This document shows, in pieces, positions 42,742 through 52,619 of a stretch of 64,000 bases of DNA. The notes under the pieces are model-generated. The model did not search any database. It was not told where the DNA came from and was given only the letters and a program-made list of their open reading frames with translations. Position 1 is the first letter of the stretch. Every line of letters starts with the position of its first letter. The position numbers and the translations under genes were made by a program. Source of the stretch: an uncultured Verrucomicrobiae bacterium (GTDB lineage Bacteria > Verrucomicrobiota > Verrucomicrobiia > Chthoniobacterales > UBA10450); NCBI GenBank assembly GCA_963772365.1, contig CAVYXA010000001.1:1568001-1632000 (forward strand). The letters are read 5' to 3'.

Positions 42742-43871
42742 TCCGCATTCCTTTCAATCGCCCATTTGCTACTGGAGCTGAGCTTGATTACGTCCGGGCC
42801 GCACTCACGACGCCGAAGTTCTCAGGCGATGGAAACTTTACTGCAGATTGTCATCGGCTCCTGGAAGAATCGCTGGGCGTCGCCAAAGCGTTTCTTACCA
42901 CCTCTTGCACGCACGCGCTGGAAATGGCTGCTCTTCTTCTCAATCTCGGCCCTGATGATGAAGTTATTCTTCCATCATTTGCATTTAGTTCTACAGCAAA
43001 CGCGTGTGTGCTGCGAGGAGCGCGGCCTGTTTTTGTCGATATCCGCAACGACACTTTGAATATTGATGAAAAGCGGATCGAAGAACTAATTACCGAACGG
43101 ACCAAGGCAATTTTTCTCGTGCACTACGCAGGCGTCGGCTGCGAAATGGACAAGATCCTCGCCATTACCCGGCAGCAGGGCATCGCAGTCCTGGAAGACA
43201 ACGCGCATGGTCTCTACGGGAAATACCGCGGCCGATATCTGGGGACTTTCGGTGAACTGGCAGCTCTTAGTTTTCATGAAACGAAAAACTTCACCTGCGG
43301 CGAGGGTGGAGCGCTGTTAATCAACAATGCCCGGCTGGTCGGACGCGCCGAGATTATTCGAGAAAAGGGGACGGATCGCAGTCGATTCTTCCGTGGCGAG
43401 GTGGACAAATATAACTGGGTCGATATCGGCTCGAGCTACTTGCCTTCCGATCTGCTGGCTGCGTTCCTGCGCGCGCAGCTCGAACATCGGGAACAAATTC
43501 AATCAGCACGTCAACGGCTCTGGGAGAATTACATGCGAGAATTAAACAGTTGGGCTATGGAGAATGGCGTGCGACTTCCGACGATTCCACCCGACTGCGA
43601 GCAGAGTTATCATTTGTTTTATATCATTTTGCCCTCCTTGGATCGCCGGCAGGCGTTGATCTCCCATTTGTTGCAACGCGGAATTCTGGCCGTCTTTCAT
43701 TACCTGCCGCTGCATCTGTCCCCGATGGGCCGTCGCTTTGGCGGACGAGAAGGAGAATGCCCCATAACGGAAAAGGTCTCAGATCGCCTGCTACGCTTGC
43801 CCTTGTACACCGGCATGACGAAATCTGAACAGGCGCAGGTGATCGACGCGGTGACCGTATTTCGTCGGTGA
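42738..43871 (+). CDS. wecE: dTDP-4-amino-4,6-dideoxygalactose transaminase (DegT family)
   Basis: IPFNRP, TTSCTHALEM, VHYAGVGC, SFHETKN, EKGTDRSRFFRGEVDKY and FHYLPLH. Confidence 0.9.
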   Translation: MIRIPFNRPFATGAELDYVRAALTTPKFSGDGNFTADCHRLLEESLGVAKAFLTTSCTHALEMAALLLNLGPDDEVILPSFAFSSTANACVLRGARPVFVDIRNDTLNIDEKRIEELITERTKAIFLVHYAGVGCEMDKILAITRQQGIAVLEDNAHGLYGKYRGRYLGTFGELAALSFHETKNFTCGEGGALLINNARLVGRAEIIREKGTDRSRFFRGEVDKYNWVDIGSSYLPSDLLAAFLRAQLEHREQIQSARQRLWENYMRELNSWAMENGVRLPTIPPDCEQSYHLFYIILPSLDRRQALISHLLQRGILAVFHYLPLHLSPMGRRFGGREGECPITEKVSDRLLRLPLYTGMTKSEQAQVIDAVTVFRR

Positions 43872-45436
43872 TCGCTGCCGTGACGATGACTGCGATCGCA
43901 CCGCATTCCTTCGGCTCCTGGAATGTTTTGCTACTGGCGATCGCGTTAGGAGGCGCCTCTTTTGCGATGCAAGCGCGTTCGGGGATAAATCTCGCAGACG
44001 AAGGTTTCTTATGGTACGGCGTGCAGCAGACCGCGCGCGGCAGGGTGCCGCTGCGAGATTTTCAATCTTACGAGCCGGGTCGGTATTATTGGGGCGCAGC
44101 CGGGATGCTTCTGTTCGGCAAAGGACTGGTTCCACTGCGTTTTTCGGAAACTCTTTTCCAAATCCTGGGGCTTTGGGTCGGATTGCTGGCTGCGACCAGA
44201 ATGGGGCAGAATTGGGCGCTGCTCATTGCCATTGGCGTGATGCTCACGTTGTGGATGGTTCCTTCGTACAAGCTGTTTGATCATGTCCTCTTGCTTTTCG
44301 GAATTTGGATAGCTGTTCGGCTGATCGAAGAGCCATCATCCGGTCGGATCTTTACGGCTGGTTTGTTCATCGGCCTGTGCTTTTTCTTCGGTCGAAATCA
44401 CGCCCTGTACAATTTCCTGGCTCAAGCCTGTCTGCTGCTCTTGCTCTATTTTAAACTGCGCTCACTCTCGGTGTCGCATTTCGGTCTGTGGTTTACGGGA
44501 ATCCTGCTCGGCCTTGTGCCCATGATCATCATGTTCCTCTGTGTGCCTGGATTTTTCGCCAGTTATCTGGACTCGGTCCGAGAGATTTTCCGTCATGGCG
44601 CCAACCTCTCATTGCCCGTTCCGTGGCCGTGGCGAGTCGCGCCAAATTCTCTCGCTGGCGTGTCACAATTTCTTCTCGGAATTCTTCTAATCGCGCTGCC
44701 GCTGGGATATCTCACGGCAATCGTCATGTCTCTCGTTATGCGATCGCAAGCAATCCAAAACCACGCCTTGCTTATCGGGTGCGCCTTTGTGGGCTTGTTC
44801 TACTTGCACCACGCCTTCTCGCGTCCTGACTTGAGTCACTTCGCGCAGGTCATCCATCCATTTACTCTGGGCATTCTGGCATTCATTAGCTTTTTTGGAG
44901 CACGGCAATTTTATCATTGGACGGCGACCGTGCTGCTCATAGCCATCGGAGCATTCACTGTCTGCAGGCAAACGCCCACCTATCAGCGTATCACATCGCG
45001 GACGTCCTGGGTGCTTTGCGATGTAGGCAGCAAAATTTTCGTACCTCCGGGCATTGGCCGACTGATTACGTGTTTGCGAAAATTCAATGTCGAAAACATT
45101 GGACCAAAGGAGGGCGTGCTCATAGCGCCCTACATGCCAGCGTTATACCCGATCACTAATCGCGAATCGCCATTGTGGGAGATAGGCTTATTCTTTCCAG
45201 CTACGACGGGGCGTCAACGGGCAATGATTCAAGATCTGAATGCTCGGAACGTAAACTGGGCGATCATTTCCGATGCGCCTCTGGGCAAACGTGAAGATCG
45301 ACGTTTCTCCCTAAGCCACAGTCTCGTGTGGCAGTATCTAATGAAAAATTTCGAACCAGTCGAAAGCACCTGTTTCCCAAAATGGCTGAGAATTCTCCAC
45401 CGGACGCTGCCCGAGAGCCGCGTTAGTAAGGAATAA
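43868..45436 (+). CDS. Polytopic membrane protein, GT-C (PMT/ArnT-like) glycosyltransferase
   Basis: ADEG after TM1, G.VP.RDF..Y.PG, about 11 TMs and a soluble C-terminal domain. Confidence 0.68.
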   Translation: MIAAVTMTAIAPHSFGSWNVLLLAIALGGASFAMQARSGINLADEGFLWYGVQQTARGRVPLRDFQSYEPGRYYWGAAGMLLFGKGLVPLRFSETLFQILGLWVGLLAATRMGQNWALLIAIGVMLTLWMVPSYKLFDHVLLLFGIWIAVRLIEEPSSGRIFTAGLFIGLCFFFGRNHALYNFLAQACLLLLLYFKLRSLSVSHFGLWFTGILLGLVPMIIMFLCVPGFFASYLDSVREIFRHGANLSLPVPWPWRVAPNSLAGVSQFLLGILLIALPLGYLTAIVMSLVMRSQAIQNHALLIGCAFVGLFYLHHAFSRPDLSHFAQVIHPFTLGILAFISFFGARQFYHWTATVLLIAIGAFTVCRQTPTYQRITSRTSWVLCDVGSKIFVPPGIGRLITCLRKFNVENIGPKEGVLIAPYMPALYPITNRESPLWEIGLFFPATTGRQRAMIQDLNARNVNWAIISDAPLGKREDRRFSLSHSLVWQYLMKNFEPVESTCFPKWLRILHRTLPESRVSKE

Positions 45437-45459
45437 CCGAACGCAATCTTTACAAGCTT

Positions 45460-46209
45460 ATGGATCGGAATGATGGCAGAAACAGCGAACAACTGCGCTC
45501 AATCCATTTCGACTTGAATATCGCGCGGCATGCCAGCGGTTCGGTCCTTGTTTCCACGGGCGATACGCGTGTGATTTGCGCCGTCACCATCGAGGAGACA
45601 GTGCCACGATGGATGACTGCGCAAAAGGTCAGCGGCGGATGGCTCAGTGCCGAATATTCGATGCTTCCGTATTCGACTCACACGCGCAAACCCCGCGATA
45701 TCACTCGCGGCCGGCTCGATGGTCGCAGCACGGAAATCCAGCGTTTGATAGGCCGATCTTTGCGCGCCGTTGTCGATCTTGGAAAACTGGGTGAGCGCAC
45801 AATGTGGATCGATTGCGATGTCCTCCAGGCCGACGGCGGAACTCGGACCGCGGCAATTACCGGCGCCAGTCTGGCCGTGGCAATCGGCTGCCAAAAACTG
45901 GTCCGGGAAAAATTGGTAGCGGAGTCGCCCGTTCGAAAACTAGTCGCAGCCGTAAGCGCCGGCATTCTTGATGGAAATGCGATTGTCGATCTTAACTATG
46001 AAGAAGACAAAGCCGTCACCGTCGATTTCAATCTTGTCGCGACTGAAGATGGCGAATTTGTAGAAGTGCAAGGCTCGGGCGAAGAAGCGGCGTTCACCCA
46101 ATCTCAAATGGATCAAATGCTCAGCCTGGCGCGCAAAGGCGTAGCCGAACTAATCGCGGCTCAGCGTGCAGTTTTGGCCCGAATGATGGTATCGCCACCC
46201 GAGAGCTAA
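45460..46209 (+). CDS. rph: Ribonuclease PH
   Basis: AEYSMLP, EIQRLIGRSLR and CDVLQADGGTRTAAITG. Confidence 0.97.
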   Translation: MDRNDGRNSEQLRSIHFDLNIARHASGSVLVSTGDTRVICAVTIEETVPRWMTAQKVSGGWLSAEYSMLPYSTHTRKPRDITRGRLDGRSTEIQRLIGRSLRAVVDLGKLGERTMWIDCDVLQADGGTRTAAITGASLAVAIGCQKLVREKLVAESPVRKLVAAVSAGILDGNAIVDLNYEEDKAVTVDFNLVATEDGEFVEVQGSGEEAAFTQSQMDQMLSLARKGVAELIAAQRAVLARMMVSPPES

Positions 46210-46255
46210 ATCGTTTGCTCGTGCACGCTGTCTGCTTTAAACCGAGACCAATCTG

Positions 46256-47269
46256 ATGAAACGCGCGTTGATTACCGGCATCACGGGGCAGGATGGAAGT
46301 TATCTCGCCGATCTCCTGCTCGAGAAAGGCTATGAAGTTCACGGCATTATCCGCCGTGCCAGCACATTTAACACGTCGCGAATCGACCATCTCTACGCCG
46401 ATCCACACATCAACGGTGTGCGGATGTTTCTTCATTACGGCGATCTGAGCGATTCGGTCAATCTCGTTAAACTTGTCTATGAGTTGAAGCCGGACGAGGT
46501 TTATCATCTCGGCGCGCAAAGCCACGTCCGCGTCAGCTTCGATATCCCCGAATACACTTCGGACGTGACCGGGATTGGCACGATCCGAATTTTGGAAGCC
46601 ATCCGGGAAACCGGCGTTCGTTCCCGGTTTTATCAGGCGTCCAGCAGCGAAATGTTCGGCAAGGCACAGCAAGTTCCGCAAAGTGAAAAAACCCCATTCT
46701 GGCCTCGAAGCCCCTACGGCGTCGCCAAGGTTTTCGCTTACTGGGCCACGGTGAACTACCGCGAGAGCTACAGCCTCCACGCGAGCAACGGCATTTTGTT
46801 CAATCATGAAAGCCCGCGCCGCGGTGAGACCTTTGTGACACGGAAAATCTCACGCGCGGTGGCCGCCATTAAACAAGGCCTGCAACACGAACTGTTTTTG
46901 GGGAATCTCGATGCGAAGCGCGACTGGGGTTACGCGCCTGAATACGTCGAAGGCATGTGGCGGATTCTTCAGCAGGAGGACGGCAGCGATTTCGTGCTGG
47001 CCACCGGCGAAACGCACAGTGTGCGGGAGTTCGTCGAAGAAGCGTTTGCGCATGTTGATCTTGATTGGAAAAAATACGTGAAGCACGACGAGCGCTACGA
47101 ACGTCCGGCCGAGGTCGACTTGTTAATCGGGGATCCTTCCAAAGCCAAAAAGGTTTTGGGCTGGGAGCCGAAAGTGCGTTTCAAAGAGCTGGTCCGGATC
47201 ATGATTGATGCCGATTTGGAACTGCTCTCGCGTGAAACGCCGCGCAAACATCTCGGGAAACTTCCGTGA
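46256..47269 (+). CDS. gmd: GDP-mannose 4,6-dehydratase
   Basis: [35 protein letters not shown] and RDWG. Confidence 0.97.
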   Translation: MKRALITGITGQDGSYLADLLLEKGYEVHGIIRRASTFNTSRIDHLYADPHINGVRMFLHYGDLSDSVNLVKLVYELKPDEVYHLGAQSHVRVSFDIPEYTSDVTGIGTIRILEAIRETGVRSRFYQASSSEMFGKAQQVPQSEKTPFWPRSPYGVAKVFAYWATVNYRESYSLHASNGILFNHESPRRGETFVTRKISRAVAAIKQGLQHELFLGNLDAKRDWGYAPEYVEGMWRILQQEDGSDFVLATGETHSVREFVEEAFAHVDLDWKKYVKHDERYERPAEVDLLIGDPSKAKKVLGWEPKVRFKELVRIMIDADLELLSRETPRKHLGKLP

Positions 47270-47317
47270 CCATGGCAACAGTCCCGCACTCGCGCTGTTC
47301 AGGAAATAATCGCGCCC

Positions 47318-48592
47318 TTAATTATCGTTAAAGCTCGTATTGGCTGGGCCGAGCAGTCCTACTGTGTGGTAATACCCCGCAGCAACCGCAGTCACAATCC
47401 TGCTTGAGAGCGCTCCGATCAAGTTCACCGCGACCGGGGTTGTACGATTCGTGGTTGAGCCATCCCCAAGTTCTCCGTAACCGTTATTGCCCCAAGCATA
47501 GGCTCGCCCTTCGGAGGTTATCGCCATTGTGTGAACGCCACCCGCGGCGATCATAGTGACGGTCTTTCCCGCGAGTACGCCGCCCAAGAAAACCGCCACT
47601 GGCATCGAATTGTTAGTGATCGTGCCATTTCCCAATTGGCCGTAGCTGTTGTTGCCCCAGGCAAAAACGTCCCCGGCTGAAACCGATGCCACCGTATGGT
47701 CCCCGCCCGCGGCAATCGCAGTCACGATCTTCCCCGAAAGCACACCACTCGTGTCCACCGCTACAGGCCTTGTGCGATTAAAAACTGTGCCATCGCCCAG
47801 TTGTCCGTAGGTGTTGCGTCCCCATGTGTAGATTTTTCCCTCGGAAGTCAACGCCACCGTATGTTCGTCGCCCACCGCGATCGCCGTAACGATCTTGCCC
47901 GAGAGCACCCCGCTCATGTCCACAGCCACGGGCGTCGTACGACTAATAGTTGTGCCATCCCCCAGTTCTCCTTCGTTGTTGCGTCCCCACGCATAAATTA
48001 ACCCGTCGCGAGTTAACGCTGCGGTGTGGCTCTCGGCAGCTGCGATCGCGATCACGAACTTACCGAAGAGCGCTCCGGTGGTGTCCACCGCCACCGGCCT
48101 TGTTCGACTGGTTGTTGTGCCATCGCCCAGTTGTCCGTAGATGTTGTAACCCCAGGCATAGACGTTTCCATCCGAAGTGAGCGCCACTGTGTGGAAGAGA
48201 CCGGCGGAGATTGAGGTCACGAACTTGCCCAATAGTTCTCTGCGCATGTCAACCGCGACCGGGGTTGAGCGATTAATCGTCGTGCCATCACCCAATTGCC
48301 CAGCCCCGTTGTAGCCCCAGCCATAGATTTTCCCTTCGGAAGTCAGCGCCATGGTATGCGCGCCGCCCGCTACGATTCGAGTCACAACCTTGCCTGAGAG
48401 CACTCCGCTTCTATCTACCGCCACCGGCAGGTGCTGATTAGTATCGCTCCCGTCGCCTAGCTGTCCGAAAGAGTTATTGCCCCAGGCATACGGATCCGCC
48501 CCTCGCGCAACCGCACAGCAAACAAGAACCACAAGCGCGGCGACAAACGCCACAATCTTTGTAGTCGAAATGATACGGCGCCGCATCATCAT
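47318..48592 (-). CDS. Exported RCC1/BLIP-II repeat beta-propeller protein
   Basis: Signal peptide plus seven ~56-aa repeats WG.N..GQLGDGT....PVAVD.SG.L.GK.V..I.AG..HT. Confidence 0.9.
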   Translation of the reverse strand: MMMRRRIISTTKIVAFVAALVVLVCCAVARGADPYAWGNNSFGQLGDGSDTNQHLPVAVDRSGVLSGKVVTRIVAGGAHTMALTSEGKIYGWGYNGAGQLGDGTTINRSTPVAVDMRRELLGKFVTSISAGLFHTVALTSDGNVYAWGYNIYGQLGDGTTTSRTRPVAVDTTGALFGKFVIAIAAAESHTAALTRDGLIYAWGRNNEGELGDGTTISRTTPVAVDMSGVLSGKIVTAIAVGDEHTVALTSEGKIYTWGRNTYGQLGDGTVFNRTRPVAVDTSGVLSGKIVTAIAAGGDHTVASVSAGDVFAWGNNSYGQLGNGTITNNSMPVAVFLGGVLAGKTVTMIAAGGVHTMAITSEGRAYAWGNNGYGELGDGSTTNRTTPVAVNLIGALSSRIVTAVAAGYYHTVGLLGPANTSFNDN

Positions 48593-48702
48593 GTTAGTTC
48601 CAAATCGGGGAACTGAGTTCTAGTCACGAACGCCGACGTGAGTAAAGGCATTTATTTCGGTTAGGGGAAATTTTCGCGCGCTCCCGTTCGATCTTCAAAC
48701 AA

Positions 48703-49317
48703 CTAGCGTTGGACCAGCGCGGGGCGATTCACGCCAAAGGGCGAAGCGGCAAGGCGAAGCGCGGGAACGACGCTCACCAGTGGAGCATCGACAATTGTCA
48801 CGTCTGCCCCACGGCCCACCAAATTATAGAGGTTGACGATGTCGCGTGACCGCATCCGGATGCATCCATAGCTGGCGGGCCGCCCAATGTTTCGCTCCTC
48901 TGGCGTTCCGTGAATGTAAATCCCGCGACGGTAGGCATTGGCGTTCTGACGTTCTATGCCTCGCAGCCAGAGGATACGCGTCACGATGGGATCACGTCCC
49001 GGTGAATCGATGGCTACGATCTCGCCAGTTCGGCGTCGATCCTTGAATACCGCGCCTAACGGAGCGCCATTACCGATTTTCTGCGCGACCTCGAGTTTTC
49101 CCAGTGGCGTACCATAACTCCCCGGTCGGTCACTTAGGCAAAACTTTGAACTCGAGACGGGATAGGTCGCGAGGAGTCTGCCCTGCTCGAGCACGGCCAA
49201 CCGTTCGTCGCGAACGCTAATGAGAACCTGATGTTGCGTGTCTGGGGCAGCGCAAGAGGCGAGAAAGAGTCCAATGATGATTGCTGTGAGCCGGGTAAAC
49301 AGATTATCCATCTTCAT
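48703..49317 (-). CDS. L,D-transpeptidase (YkuD family) lipoprotein
   Basis: Lipobox LASC; catalytic motif IYIHGT...ASYGCIRM. Confidence 0.92.
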   Translation of the reverse strand: MKMDNLFTRLTAIIIGLFLASCAAPDTQHQVLISVRDERLAVLEQGRLLATYPVSSSKFCLSDRPGSYGTPLGKLEVAQKIGNGAPLGAVFKDRRRTGEIVAIDSPGRDPIVTRILWLRGIERQNANAYRRGIYIHGTPEERNIGRPASYGCIRMRSRDIVNLYNLVGRGADVTIVDAPLVSVVPALRLAASPFGVNRPALVQR

Positions 49318-50177
49318 TTCCGATCAAACCGGAAGAACTCTTCGGCAGTTGCGGTGGTTGCGCGAGCGATTTCTTCCAGGGAAATTCCGCGAGCGGCGGC
49401 AATCGACTCGGCCACCAGGCGAGTATGGGCCGGTTCGCAGCGTTTCCCGCGAAACGGAACTGGCGCAAGGTAAGGACAATCTGTTTCCACCATAAATCTA
49501 TCGAGCGGAGCCTGCGCTGCGACTGCACGAACATTTGCGCCGTTCTTGAACGTCACGATGCCAGTGAAGGAAACCAAGTGCCCAAGATCGAACACTTCAT
49601 TCGCCTGCTCGAGAGTTCTTCCAAAACAATGGAATACTCCACTGACCTGCCGGCCATACTCTCGCAAGATCGACAATGTATCGTCCCAGGCATCGCGTTG
49701 ATGAATCACTACATTCAGCCGCAATTCGACCGCCAAATCGAGTTGCTGCTCAAACAAGCTCGCCTGTTTGGATTTGTAAGCGCCATCGCGAATCCGGGCA
49801 TCGACATCTTGCCCGGTCTCGCTTTGCAACGCATGCATCACTTGCGCCCGTTTTTCTTTCGCAGCCTCAATGCTGGGCAGGTGATGATAATCCAGACCGA
49901 TCTCGCCGATCGCCACTACCTGCGGGTTTTTCGCCAGCTCCCGGAGCGGGGTTATCACGTCCTCTTCCGCTTGCTCGGCGTAGCTCGGATGAACACCTAT
50001 CACGGCGAAAATACTCGGATACTTCTCCGCAAGATCGACAGCGCGCCGGCTGCTCTCGACTGAAGTGCCGATGGTGAGAATTCGAGTGACTCCCGCATCA
50101 CTCGCCCGGCGGATTACGTCGTCGAAGTCGTTAGCGAAATCGGGATAATCGAGATGGGCGTGAGTTTCGATCAGCAT
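49314..50177 (-). CDS. tatD: TatD family deoxyribonuclease
   Basis: ETHAHLD, GVHP, AIGEIGLDY, GVFHCF and ETDCPYLAP. Confidence 0.93.
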   Translation of the reverse strand: MLIETHAHLDYPDFANDFDDVIRRASDAGVTRILTIGTSVESSRRAVDLAEKYPSIFAVIGVHPSYAEQAEEDVITPLRELAKNPQVVAIGEIGLDYHHLPSIEAAKEKRAQVMHALQSETGQDVDARIRDGAYKSKQASLFEQQLDLAVELRLNVVIHQRDAWDDTLSILREYGRQVSGVFHCFGRTLEQANEVFDLGHLVSFTGIVTFKNGANVRAVAAQAPLDRFMVETDCPYLAPVPFRGKRCEPAHTRLVAESIAAARGISLEEIARATTATAEEFFRFDRK

Positions 50178-50192
50178 ATCGAAGATGCAAGA

Positions 50193-50270
50193 ATTAAAAG
50201 GTTACAAGGTTAGGCCGTTACAAAGGAAAAATTCTCCCATTTAACCATGTGACTTTTTAACCATTTAACC
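50193..50270. repeat. Short degenerate ~8-nt tandem repeats arranged as an inverted pair
   Basis: TTAAAAGGTTACAAGGTTAGGCCGTTACAAAG ... TTTAACCATGTGACTTTTTAACCATTTAACC between fabH and tatD. Confidence 0.5.
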
Positions 50271-50284
50271 TGCGCCGAAGGCGC

Positions 50285-51307
50285 TCACCATTCGATCACT
50301 GTGCTCGCCCAGGTAAGTCCACCGCCAAAAACGACCATCAATATGTAATCGCCCGGTTTGATCCGGCCGCTGCGATTGGCCTCATCGAGCGCAATGGCAA
50401 CAGCTGCCGCCGAGGTGTTTCCATATCGATCGAGGTTCACATAAAATTTTTCGATAGGAATCCCAAGTCGGTCGGCAATTCCTTCAATGATCCGCAGGTT
50501 CGCCTGGTGTGGGATGACACAGGAAATGTCGTCAATCGACAATCCGGCTTGCTCGAGCGCCTTGTTCGCGGCGCTTAGCATTGCGATCACCGCCTGCTTG
50601 TAGACCTCTTTGCCTGTCATGTGGATGGTGGCCAGGTTCATGTCGGCGTTGTCGCGCGTAATCGGGCAACGCGAGCCGCCGCCCGGCATGAATAGAATGT
50701 CACTGAATTGACCGTCGCTGCCGATGTAGGTGCTGATCACGCCGTGACTGCCGCCGCGGTGCCGCAAAATTGCCGCGCCAGCGCCGTCACCGAAAAGCAC
50801 GCAGGTGTTGCGATCCGTCCAGTTCGTGATCGACGTCAGTTTATCGGCGCCAATGACGAGAACGGTGTCGTAGGTGTGGGATCGGATGAATTGTTGGGCG
50901 ATTTCGATGGCAAAAAGAAATCCAGCGCACGCCGCGGAAACATCGAGGCAGGCAGCATTCGTGGCGCCGATTTTTTTCTGTACGAAACAGGCGGTCGCCG
51001 GAAAAAGCATGTCCGGTGTCGCCGTCGCGACGAGGATCAAATCAATTTCCTTGGATGAAATTTGCGCCTGCTCCATCGCCTTGAGGGCGGATTGGGTAGC
51101 CATGTCGCTGGTGTGTTCGTCCCTGGCGGCAATCCGCCGTTCTTTGATGCCGGTGCGAGTGGTAATCCATTCATCGCTGGTATCGACGATTCGCGACAAG
51201 TCCTCATTCGTCAGGATTTTTTCCGGCACATAGCTGCCGGTGCCGATGATCGAGACGGTCCGGATTGCTTTACCGGAGCGCGGGCTCGAGCGGGGCTGTG
51301 GTTTCAT
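50285..51307 (-). CDS. fabH: 3-oxoacyl-ACP synthase III
   Basis: AACAGF, LFGDGAGA, PHQANLRI and YGNTSAA; start MKPQP at 51307. Confidence 0.96.
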   Translation of the reverse strand: MKPQPRSSPRSGKAIRTVSIIGTGSYVPEKILTNEDLSRIVDTSDEWITTRTGIKERRIAARDEHTSDMATQSALKAMEQAQISSKEIDLILVATATPDMLFPATACFVQKKIGATNAACLDVSAACAGFLFAIEIAQQFIRSHTYDTVLVIGADKLTSITNWTDRNTCVLFGDGAGAAILRHRGGSHGVISTYIGSDGQFSDILFMPGGGSRCPITRDNADMNLATIHMTGKEVYKQAVIAMLSAANKALEQAGLSIDDISCVIPHQANLRIIEGIADRLGIPIEKFYVNLDRYGNTSAAAVAIALDEANRSGRIKPGDYILMVVFGGGLTWASTVIEW

Positions 51308-52301
51308 GATAACGGCGAATCTCTTTGACGATATGCGGATTGACCTGTTCTTCAATCGACTCCGCCGCCACGCGCAAGGCATTCTTGATTGCCAGCGGTG
51401 TGCTCGCGCCGTGCGCAATGATACAAATTCCGTTGACGCCAAGCAGCGGCATCCCGCCGTACTCTTCGTAATTCGTTTTATCTTTGATGACTCGAAACGC
51501 CTTGCGCGCCAGATAAGCGCCCACCATGTGGATCTTCGAACGCGTCAATTCATCCTTGAGCCATTTGAAAATTGCCACCGCGATCGATTCCGAGGTCTTC
51601 AGGATCACATTGCCCACAAAGCCATCGCATACGACTACCTCGACCGGCTTTTCAAACAAATGGCGACCCTCCACGTTGCCGCGAAAATTCAGCCCGCTCC
51701 CCTTCAACATGTGGAATACCTCCTTGGTCAACTCGGTCCCTTTCACATCTTCCTCCCCCAGCGAGATCAATCCCACGCTGGGTTTTTTGTAGCCGAGAAC
51801 ATGACGGGAATAAACCGATCCCATGATCGCGTACTGAAGAAGATGCTCGGGTCGCGAGTCAATATTGGCTCCCGCGTCGATCAGGACGAATTCGTTAAAC
51901 TGCGTCGGCAGCACCGCGGCAATTCCAGGCCGATAAATTCCCTCGAGGGTCCGCAATTTGATCATGCTGGCAGCAACTGCGGCGCCGGTGTGGCCGGCCG
52001 TGACGATGGCGTCCGCGTCGCCACGCTTCACGACATCGACAGCGCGGCTGACCGACGAATCCTTTTTTCGACGAACTGCGGACCATGCCCTGTCGCTCAT
52101 ATCCACGACCTGGCTGGAATGAACGATGTCGATCCTGCCGTCGTTAAAATGCAGCTTCTTTAATTCCGCCTCAATCTGAGGCGTGTCGCCGACCAAAAAT
52201 AGTTTGCTGATGCGCGAATACTCCTTGAGCGCCATGACAGCGCCAGCCACGAGATTCGGTGGGCCAAAATCGCCCCCCATCGCATCCAAGGCGATCTTCA
52301 T
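51270..52301 (-). CDS. plsX: Phosphate acyltransferase PlsX
   Basis: IALDAMGGDFGP, DAGAN, VVCDGFVGN and AHG. Confidence 0.97.
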   Translation of the reverse strand: MKIALDAMGGDFGPPNLVAGAVMALKEYSRISKLFLVGDTPQIEAELKKLHFNDGRIDIVHSSQVVDMSDRAWSAVRRKKDSSVSRAVDVVKRGDADAIVTAGHTGAAVAASMIKLRTLEGIYRPGIAAVLPTQFNEFVLIDAGANIDSRPEHLLQYAIMGSVYSRHVLGYKKPSVGLISLGEEDVKGTELTKEVFHMLKGSGLNFRGNVEGRHLFEKPVEVVVCDGFVGNVILKTSESIAVAIFKWLKDELTRSKIHMVGAYLARKAFRVIKDKTNYEEYGGMPLLGVNGICIIAHGASTPLAIKNALRVAAESIEEQVNPHIVKEIRRYHETTAPLEPALR

Positions 52302-52382
52302 TGCGGAGAGATTCTGCGGAGTTTACCCGCGCAATGCAAGTGACTTAAAGCGGGCGAGCGATATCCGTGCTCTCAGCCTGTG

Positions 52383-52565
52383 CTACTTCCCCTCGACAGT
52401 CAGGACCTGTCGACCTTTGTAATAGCCACAGGAAGGACAAACTGTGTGCGGCGCGACGGTGCTCCCGCACTGAGGGCATTTGTTCAAGTGAGGCGCATGC
52501 CAGCGATTGGCAGCCTTACGCGTGCGTAGCCGCATTTTCGACGTTTTGCGTTTCGGAACTCCCAT
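52383..52565 (-). CDS. rpmF: 50S ribosomal protein L32 (Zn-binding form)
   Basis: MGVPKRKTSK...CPQC...HTVCPSCGYY. Confidence 0.97.
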   Translation of the reverse strand: MGVPKRKTSKMRLRTRKAANRWHAPHLNKCPQCGSTVAPHTVCPSCGYYKGRQVLTVEGK

Positions 52566-52619
52566 AGAAGCGAATTAGGAAAGCAGGAAATCAGCAAAAG
52601 ACAAATGACTCCGCGGTTC

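Noticed and set aside
47318..48490. Regularly spaced DNA repeats as a CRISPR array or DGR
   Set aside because: Explained by RCC1 protein repeats; no reverse transcriptase or cas gene is present.
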